Below, one piece after another: positions 26,660 to 32,195 of a stretch of 32,195 nucleotides of DNA. The position numbers and the translations under genes are program-made. How positions within the stretch are numbered: the first letter of the stretch is position 1; each line of letters starts with the position of its first letter. The stretch spans positions 1 through 32,195 of the IMG/VR virus record IMGVR_UViG_2563366972_000002; one strand, 5' to 3'. Origin of the DNA: a virus (lineage: Duplodnaviria; Heunggongvirae; Uroviricota; Caudoviricetes). Below the pieces are notes generated by a model. It worked only from the letters and a program-made list of their open reading frames with translations. It had not been told where the DNA came from and ran no database searches.

Positions 26660-29099
26660 CAATGTAAAATTACAGGTATTGCTCAGGGCTGTTGACCAGG
26701 CATCCCGCCCGTTTAAATCCATCCGTACAGCGAGTAAGTCGCTGTCGGGGGATATCCGGGAAACACAAAAATCACTGCGCGAGCTGAACGGTCACGCATC
26801 CCGTATTGAGGGATTCCGCAAGACCAGCGCACAGCTTGCCGTGACTGGTCATGCACTTGAAAAGGCTCGGCAGGAAGCCGAAGCCCTTGCCACACAGTTT
26901 AAAAACACTGAACGTCCGACCCGTGCTCAGGCGAAAGTGCTGGAATCCGCAAAGCGTGCGGCGGAGGACTTACAGGCGAAATATAACCGCCTGACGGATT
27001 CCGTTAAACGCCAGCAGCGGGAACTGGCCGCTGTGGGAATTAATACCCGCAATCTTGCACATGATGAGCAGGGACTGAAAAACCGTATCAGTGAAACCAC
27101 CGCACAACTTAACCGTCAGCGCGACGCGCTGGCGCGTGTCAGTGCGCAACAGGCAAAACTTAACGCAGTAAAACAGCGTTATCAGGCCGGAAAGGAACTG
27201 GCCGGAAATATGGCCTCAGTGGGCGCAGCCGGTGTGGGGATTGCGGCGGCGGGAACGATGGCCGGAGTTAAGCTGCTGATGCCCGGTTATGAGTTTGCGC
27301 AGAAAAACTCAGAATTGCAGGCCGTGCTCGGTGTGGCAAAAGACTCCGCCGAAATGACCGCGCTCCGCAAGCAGGCGCGCCAGCTCGGTGACAATACTGC
27401 CGCCTCGGCAGATGATGCAGCCGGTGCGCAGATTATTATTGCGAAAGCCGGTGGGGATGTTGATGCCATTCAGGCGGCAACGCCGGTCACGCTGAACATG
27501 GCGCTGGCAAACCGTCGCACGATGGAGGAAAACGCCGCCCTGCTGATGGGGATGAAATCTGCCTTTCAGCTTTCAAACGATAAGGTTGCTCATATCGGGG
27601 ATGTTCTCTCCATGACGATGAACAAAACCGCCGCCGATTTTGACGGCATGAGCGATGCGCTGACCTATGCCGCACCTGTGGCAAAAAATGCCGGTGTCAG
27701 CATTGAAGAAACCGCCGCAATGGTCGGGGCGCTGCATGATGCAAAAATCACAGGCTCAATGGCGGGGACGGGAAGCCGTGCCGTGTTAAGCCGCCTGCAG
27801 GCACCGACGGGAAAAGCATGGGATGCACTCAAAGAGCTTGGAGTGAAAACCTCAGACAGCAAGGGAAACACCCGGCCAATATTTACCATTCTGAAAGAAA
27901 TGCAGGCCAGTTTTGAGAAAAACCGGCTCGGTACTGCCCAGCAGGCTGAATACATGAAAACTATTTTCGGGGAGGAGGCCAGCTCAGCCGCCGCCGTGCT
28001 GATGACTGCCGCCTCAACCGGAAAGCTGGACAAACTGACCGCTGCGTTTAAAGCCTCAGACGGGAAGACCGCCGAGCTGGTAAATATCATGCAGGACAAC
28101 CTAGGCGGTGACTTTAAGGAGTTTCAGTCCGCTTATGAGGCGGTGGGGACTGACCTGTTTGACCAGCAGGAAGGCGCACTGCGTAAGCTCACGCAGACGG
28201 CCACAAAGTATGTGTTAAAACTCGACGGCTGGATACAGAAAAACAAATCACTGGCGTCAACCATCGGCATCATTGTCGGTGGTGCACTGGCGCTGACTGG
28301 TGTCATCGGTGCCATTGGCCTCATAGCCTGGCCGGTTATCACCGGCATCAATGCCATCATCGCGGCAGCAGGCGCAATGGGGGCAATCTTCACGACGGTT
28401 GGCAGTGCTGTTATGACCGCCATCGGGGCGATTAGCTGGCCGGTTGTGGCCGTGGTGGCCGCCATTGTCGCCGGGGCGTTGCTTATCCGTAAATACTGGG
28501 AGCCTGTCAGCGCATTCTTTGGCGGTGTGGTGGAAGGGCTGAAAGCGGCCTTTGCGCCGGTGGGGGAACTGTTCACGCCACTGAAACCGGTGTTTGACTG
28601 GCTGGGCGAAAAGTTACAGGCCGCGTGGCAGTGGTTTACAAACCTGATTGCTCCGGTTAAAGCCACCCAGGACACCCTGAACCGTTGCCGTGACACGGGC
28701 GTCATGTTCGGGCAGGCACTGGCTGACGCGCTGATGCTGCCGCTTAATGCGTTCAACAAACTGCGCAGCGGTATTGACTGGGTACTGGAAAAACTCGGTG
28801 TTATCAACAAAGAGTCAGACACACTTGACCAGACCGCCGCCAGAACTCATGCCGCCACGTATGGCACCGGTGGTTATATTCCGGCGACCAGCTCTTATGC
28901 AGGCTATCAGGCTTATCAGCCGGTCACGGCACCGGCTGGCCGCTCTTATGTGGACCAGAGTAAAAACGAATATCACATCAGCCTGACGGGTGGTACTGCG
29001 CCGGGGACACAGCTCGACCGCCAGTTACAGGATGCGCTCGAAAAATACGAGCGGGATAAACGTGCGCGCGCCCGTGCCAGCATGATGCATGACGGTTAA
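26652..29099 (+). CDS. T: Tail tape measure protein
   Basis: 815 aa, the P2 T size; coiled-coil N-terminal region and Gly/Ala-rich hydrophobic segment. Confidence 0.9.
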   Translation: MSNNVKLQVLLRAVDQASRPFKSIRTASKSLSGDIRETQKSLRELNGHASRIEGFRKTSAQLAVTGHALEKARQEAEALATQFKNTERPTRAQAKVLESAKRAAEDLQAKYNRLTDSVKRQQRELAAVGINTRNLAHDEQGLKNRISETTAQLNRQRDALARVSAQQAKLNAVKQRYQAGKELAGNMASVGAAGVGIAAAGTMAGVKLLMPGYEFAQKNSELQAVLGVAKDSAEMTALRKQARQLGDNTAASADDAAGAQIIIAKAGGDVDAIQAATPVTLNMALANRRTMEENAALLMGMKSAFQLSNDKVAHIGDVLSMTMNKTAADFDGMSDALTYAAPVAKNAGVSIEETAAMVGALHDAKITGSMAGTGSRAVLSRLQAPTGKAWDALKELGVKTSDSKGNTRPIFTILKEMQASFEKNRLGTAQQAEYMKTIFGEEASSAAAVLMTAASTGKLDKLTAAFKASDGKTAELVNIMQDNLGGDFKEFQSAYEAVGTDLFDQQEGALRKLTQTATKYVLKLDGWIQKNKSLASTIGIIVGGALALTGVIGAIGLIAWPVITGINAIIAAAGAMGAIFTTVGSAVMTAIGAISWPVVAVVAAIVAGALLIRKYWEPVSAFFGGVVEGLKAAFAPVGELFTPLKPVFDWLGEKLQAAWQWFTNLIAPVKATQDTLNRCRDTGVMFGQALADALMLPLNAFNKLRSGIDWVLEKLGVINKESDTLDQTAARTHAATYGTGGYIPATSSYAGYQAYQPVTAPAGRSYVDQSKNEYHISLTGGTAPGTQLDRQLQDALEKYERDKRARARASMMHDG

Positions 29100-29113
29100 G
29101 GAGGTGACGAAAA

Positions 29114-29593
29114 ATGATGCTCGCGTTAGGTATGTTTGTTTTTATGCGCCAGACGCTGCCACACCAGACCATGCAGCGTGAATCAGATTATCGCTGGCCG
29201 TCAAATTCCCGTATCGGTAAACGGGATGCCTTTCAGTTTCTCGGTGTTGGCGAGGAAAACATCACGCTGGCCGGTGTGCTTTATCCCGAACTGACCGGCG
29301 GCAAGCTGACGATGACCACGCTCAGGCTGATGGCAGAGGAAGGCCGGGCGTGGCCGTTGCTGGATGGCACCGGCATGATTTACGGCATGTATGTCATCAG
29401 CAGGGTGAGTGAAACAGGGAGTATTTTCTTTGCAGACGGCACACCCCGGAAAATTGATTTTACGCTGTCGCTCATTCGCGTTGATGAATCACTGGCCGCG
29501 CTTTATGGCGATATCGGTAAACAGGCGGAATCGCTCATCGGTAAGGCTGGCAGTATGGCGACCAGATTCACGGGTATGACGGGGGCGGGATAA
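29114..29593 (+). CDS. U: Tail protein U
   Basis: 159 aa at the P2 U position; GGAGGTGA RBS. Confidence 0.85.
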   Translation: MMLALGMFVFMRQTLPHQTMQRESDYRWPSNSRIGKRDAFQFLGVGEENITLAGVLYPELTGGKLTMTTLRLMAEEGRAWPLLDGTGMIYGMYVISRVSETGSIFFADGTPRKIDFTLSLIRVDESLAALYGDIGKQAESLIGKAGSMATRFTGMTGAG

Positions 29594-30756
29594 TGCTGGA
29601 TGCGCTGACATTTGATGCAGGCAGTACGCTGACGCCGGATTACATGCTGATGCTCGACAGCAGGGATATTACCGGCAATATCAGTGACCGTCTGATGAGC
29701 ATGACCCTGACGGATAACCGGGGCTTTGAGGCTGACCAGCTTGATATTGAACTGAACGATGCCGACGGGCAGGTCGGGCTGCCGGTTCGTGGCGCTGTCC
29801 TGACGGTGTATATCGGCTGGAAAGGTTTTGCCCTGGTATGCAAAGGGAAATTTACCGTTGATGAGGTTGAACACCGGGGCGCACCGGATGTGGTCACCAT
29901 CCGCGCCCGGAGTGCAGATTTCCGCGGGACGCTCAATTCCCGCCGGGAAGGCTCCTGGCATGACACCACGCTCGGTGCGATTGTTGAGGCGATAGCCTCC
30001 CGTAACAGGCTGGAAGCCAGTGTCGCTCCGTCACTGGCCGGAATTAAAATCCCGCACATCGACCAGTCGCAGGAGTCTGATGCGAAATTCCTGACCCGTC
30101 TTGCAGAACGCAACGGCGGTGAGGTGTCGGTAAAAATGGGAAAACTGTTGTTTCTCAAAGCGGGGCAGGGGGTGACGGCCAGCGGTAAAAAAATCCCGCA
30201 GGTCACCATCACCCGCAGCGACGGCGACCGCCATCATTTTGCGATTGCTGACCGTGGAGCCTATACCGGCGTAACGGCAAAGTGGTTACACACCAAAGAC
30301 CCGAAACCACAAAAGCAGAAGGTAAAACTGAAACGCAAAAAGAAAGAAAAACACCTGCGCGCACTGGAGCACCCGAAAGCGAAACCGGTCACGCAGAAGA
30401 AAGCGCCAAAAGTACCGGAAGCGCGCGAAGGTGAATACATGGCCGGTGAGGCTGACAACGTTTTTGCCCTGACTACGGTATATGCCACGAAAGCGCAGGC
30501 CATGCGCGCCGCTCAGGCGAAGTGGGATAAACTGCAACGGGGTGTGGCGGAGTTCTCCATCAGCCTGGCTACCGGTCGGGCAGATATTTACACGGAAACA
30601 CCGGTTAAAGTGTCAGGCTTTAAGCGCGTCATAGACGAGCAGGACTGGACAATCACTAAGGTGACACATTTTCTGAATAATAGCGGCTTCACGACGTCCT
30701 TGGAGCTTGAGGTCAGGCTTTCTGATGTGGAGTACGAAACAGAAGATGATGAGTGA
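29593..30756 (+). CDS. D: Tail protein D
   Basis: 387 aa at the P2 D position, overlapping the U stop. Confidence 0.85.
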   Translation: MLDALTFDAGSTLTPDYMLMLDSRDITGNISDRLMSMTLTDNRGFEADQLDIELNDADGQVGLPVRGAVLTVYIGWKGFALVCKGKFTVDEVEHRGAPDVVTIRARSADFRGTLNSRREGSWHDTTLGAIVEAIASRNRLEASVAPSLAGIKIPHIDQSQESDAKFLTRLAERNGGEVSVKMGKLLFLKAGQGVTASGKKIPQVTITRSDGDRHHFAIADRGAYTGVTAKWLHTKDPKPQKQKVKLKRKKKEKHLRALEHPKAKPVTQKKAPKVPEAREGEYMAGEADNVFALTTVYATKAQAMRAAQAKWDKLQRGVAEFSISLATGRADIYTETPVKVSGFKRVIDEQDWTITKVTHFLNNSGFTTSLELEVRLSDVEYETEDDE

Positions 30757-30837
30757 TGTTTTTGTTTTATCTGTTTGTTTTATAAGGATAAATTAACTAA
30801 AATGGCACCATCAACAAAACCGGAAGAGGTGCTCGCG

Positions 30838-31056
30838 ATGTTTCATTGTCCTTTATGCCAGCATGCCGCACATGCGCGTACAAGCCGCTATATCACTGAC
30901 ACGACAAAAGAGCGTTATCACCAGTGCCAGAACGTGAATTGCAGCGCCACGTTCATCACTTATGAGTCGGTACAGCGATACATCGTGAAGCCGGGAGAAG
31001 TCCACGCCGTGAGGCCGCACCCGTTGCCGTCAGGGCAGCAAATTATGTGGATGTGA
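30838..31056 (+). CDS. ogr: Late-gene transcriptional activator Ogr (zinc finger)
   Basis: 72 aa starting MFHCPLCQHAAHARTSRY with a C-x2-C...C-x4-C arrangement; the ORF track start at 30775 is an upstream extension. Confidence 0.85.
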   Translation: MFHCPLCQHAAHARTSRYITDTTKERYHQCQNVNCSATFITYESVQRYIVKPGEVHAVRPHPLPSGQQIMWM

Positions 31057-31066
31057 TCACAAAAAT

Positions 31067-31094
31067 AGCCCCTCAGTTGAGGGGCTTTATTTAT
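31067..31094 (+). terminator. Rho-independent terminator after ogr
   Basis: AGCCCCTC(31067..31074)-AGTT-GAGGGGCT(31079..31086) followed by TTATTTAT. Confidence 0.7.
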
Positions 31095-31184
31095 GGTCGA
31101 TGTGGACGCTATGTGGACAGTGCTTGATATAAATCCATTTATATCATCAGGTTAGGTGCTTTTTTGTGACACCATCCCTGTCTT

Positions 31185-31211
31185 CCCCCACATGATGTGG
31201 GGGTTTTTTTT
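31185..31211 (+). terminator. Rho-independent terminator upstream of fieF (likely host-derived, or at the att junction)
   Basis: CCCCCACA / TGTGGGGG stem followed by a run of eight T (31204..31211). Confidence 0.6.
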
Positions 31212-31292
31212 ATCCTCAATTTGCCTGCTGCTTAATGCATTGCAGATGATTTGCTTCCGTTATACTAGCGTCAGTTGATAGCGGGAGTATTT

Positions 31293-32195
31293 ATGAATCA
31301 ATCTTATGGACGGCTGGTCAGTCGGGCGGCGATTGCTGCGACGGCGATGGCTTCGTTGCTATTGCTGATTAAAATTTTTGCATGGTGGTATACCGGGTCG
31401 GTGAGTATTCTCGCCGCGCTGGTGGATTCGCTGGTGGATATCGGCGCGTCGTTGACGAATTTACTGGTGGTGCGATATTCCCTGCAACCTGCCGACGATA
31501 ATCACTCGTTTGGTCACGGTAAAGCAGAGTCCCTCGCGGCGCTGGCGCAAAGTATGTTTATCTCCGGTTCGGCACTATTCCTGTTTTTGACGGGTATTCA
31601 ACATCTGATATCTCCAACACCGATGACAGATCCAGGCGTCGGGGTTATCGTGACAATTGTGGCGCTAATTTGTACGATTATCCTTGTCTCGTTTCAGCGT
31701 TGGGTGGTGCGCCGGACGCAAAGCCAGGCGGTGCGGGCTGATATGCTACATTACCAGTCTGATGTTATGATGAACGGCGCAATTCTGCTGGCGCTGGGGT
31801 TGTCCTGGTACGGCTGGCATCGCGCCGATGCTCTGTTTGCATTGGGAATCGGCATCTATATTTTATATAGCGCGTTACGCATGGGATATGAGGCGGTACA
31901 GTCATTACTGGATCGCGCATTGCCTGATGAGGAACGGCAAGAAATTATTGATATCGTGACTTCCTGGCCGGGTGTTAGCGGCGCTCACGATCTTCGCACG
32001 CGGCAGTCAGGGCCGACCCGCTTTATTCAGATTCATTTGGAAATGGAAGACTCTCTGCCTTTGGTTCAGGCACATATGGTGGCGGATCAGGTAGAGCAGG
32101 CTATTTTACGGCGTTTTCCGGGATCGGATGTAATTATCCATCAGGACCCCTGTTCCGTCGTACCCAGGGAGGGTAAACGGTCTATGCTTTCATAA
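31293..32195 (+). CDS. fieF: Cation-efflux pump FieF (YiiP), CDF family; host chromosomal gene
   Basis: 300-aa ORF starting [16 protein letters not shown]... and ending ...[18 protein letters not shown], recognised as E. coli FieF/YiiP; multiple transmembrane segments. The ORF track start at 31275 is an upstream extension. Confidence 0.85.

Larger units (their letters stand above)
1..31100. mobile_element. P2-like temperate myovirus prophage (integrase-proximal end continues beyond window start; ogr-proximal junction lies somewhere in 31057..31270)
   Basis: Complete colinear P2 gene set from int to ogr with P2-like protein lengths; 19-nt P2-type cos sequence at 7872..7890; host fieF follows at 31293. 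Exact boundaries not determinable from the window. Confidence 0.85.

Noticed and set aside
27287-28822. Antisense ORFs inside tape-measure gene T (for example 27665..28099, 28133..28822)
   Set aside because: Shadow ORFs; T is a full-length 815-aa P2-type tape measure on the plus strand.
31057-31292. tRNA gene as integration target
   Set aside because: No cloverleaf-compatible sequence seen; P2-family phages commonly integrate at non-tRNA sites.

Overview
The window is almost entirely a P2-family (Peduovirus-like) myovirus prophage in an Escherichia coli chromosome, ending at the host gene fieF (31293..32195). Gene order, orientation and protein lengths match phage P2 from memory: int, C, cox, B, orf80-83, A, then cos, Q, P, O, N, M, L, X, Y, K, lysA/B/C, R, S, V, W, J, I, H, G, FI, FII, E/E', T, U, D, ogr. 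No search was run; every identification rests on ORF layout and on motifs read directly from the translations. Two cargo islands interrupt the conserved backbone at the two loci where P2-like phages are known to carry variable anti-phage genes. (1) Between A and cos (6098..7738), where P2 has tin/old, sits a tightly coupled two-gene cassette: an ImmA/IrrE-type HEXXH metallopeptidase and a 213-aa protein with PIN-like acidic-residue spacing. (2) Between G and FI (22888..24162), where P2 has Z/fun, sits a very AT-rich single gene whose N-terminal half carries the RelA/SpoT nucleotidyltransferase motifs of toxic small alarmone synthetases (a CapRel-like fused toxin-sensor candidate) and whose C-terminal half is Cys-free and unassigned. 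These two islands are the best candidates for an undescribed defence system. The tail fibre gene H also stands out: it has about 3.6 tandem copies of a 132-bp repeat and a single in-frame TAG exactly at a repeat boundary where the other copies read CAG.
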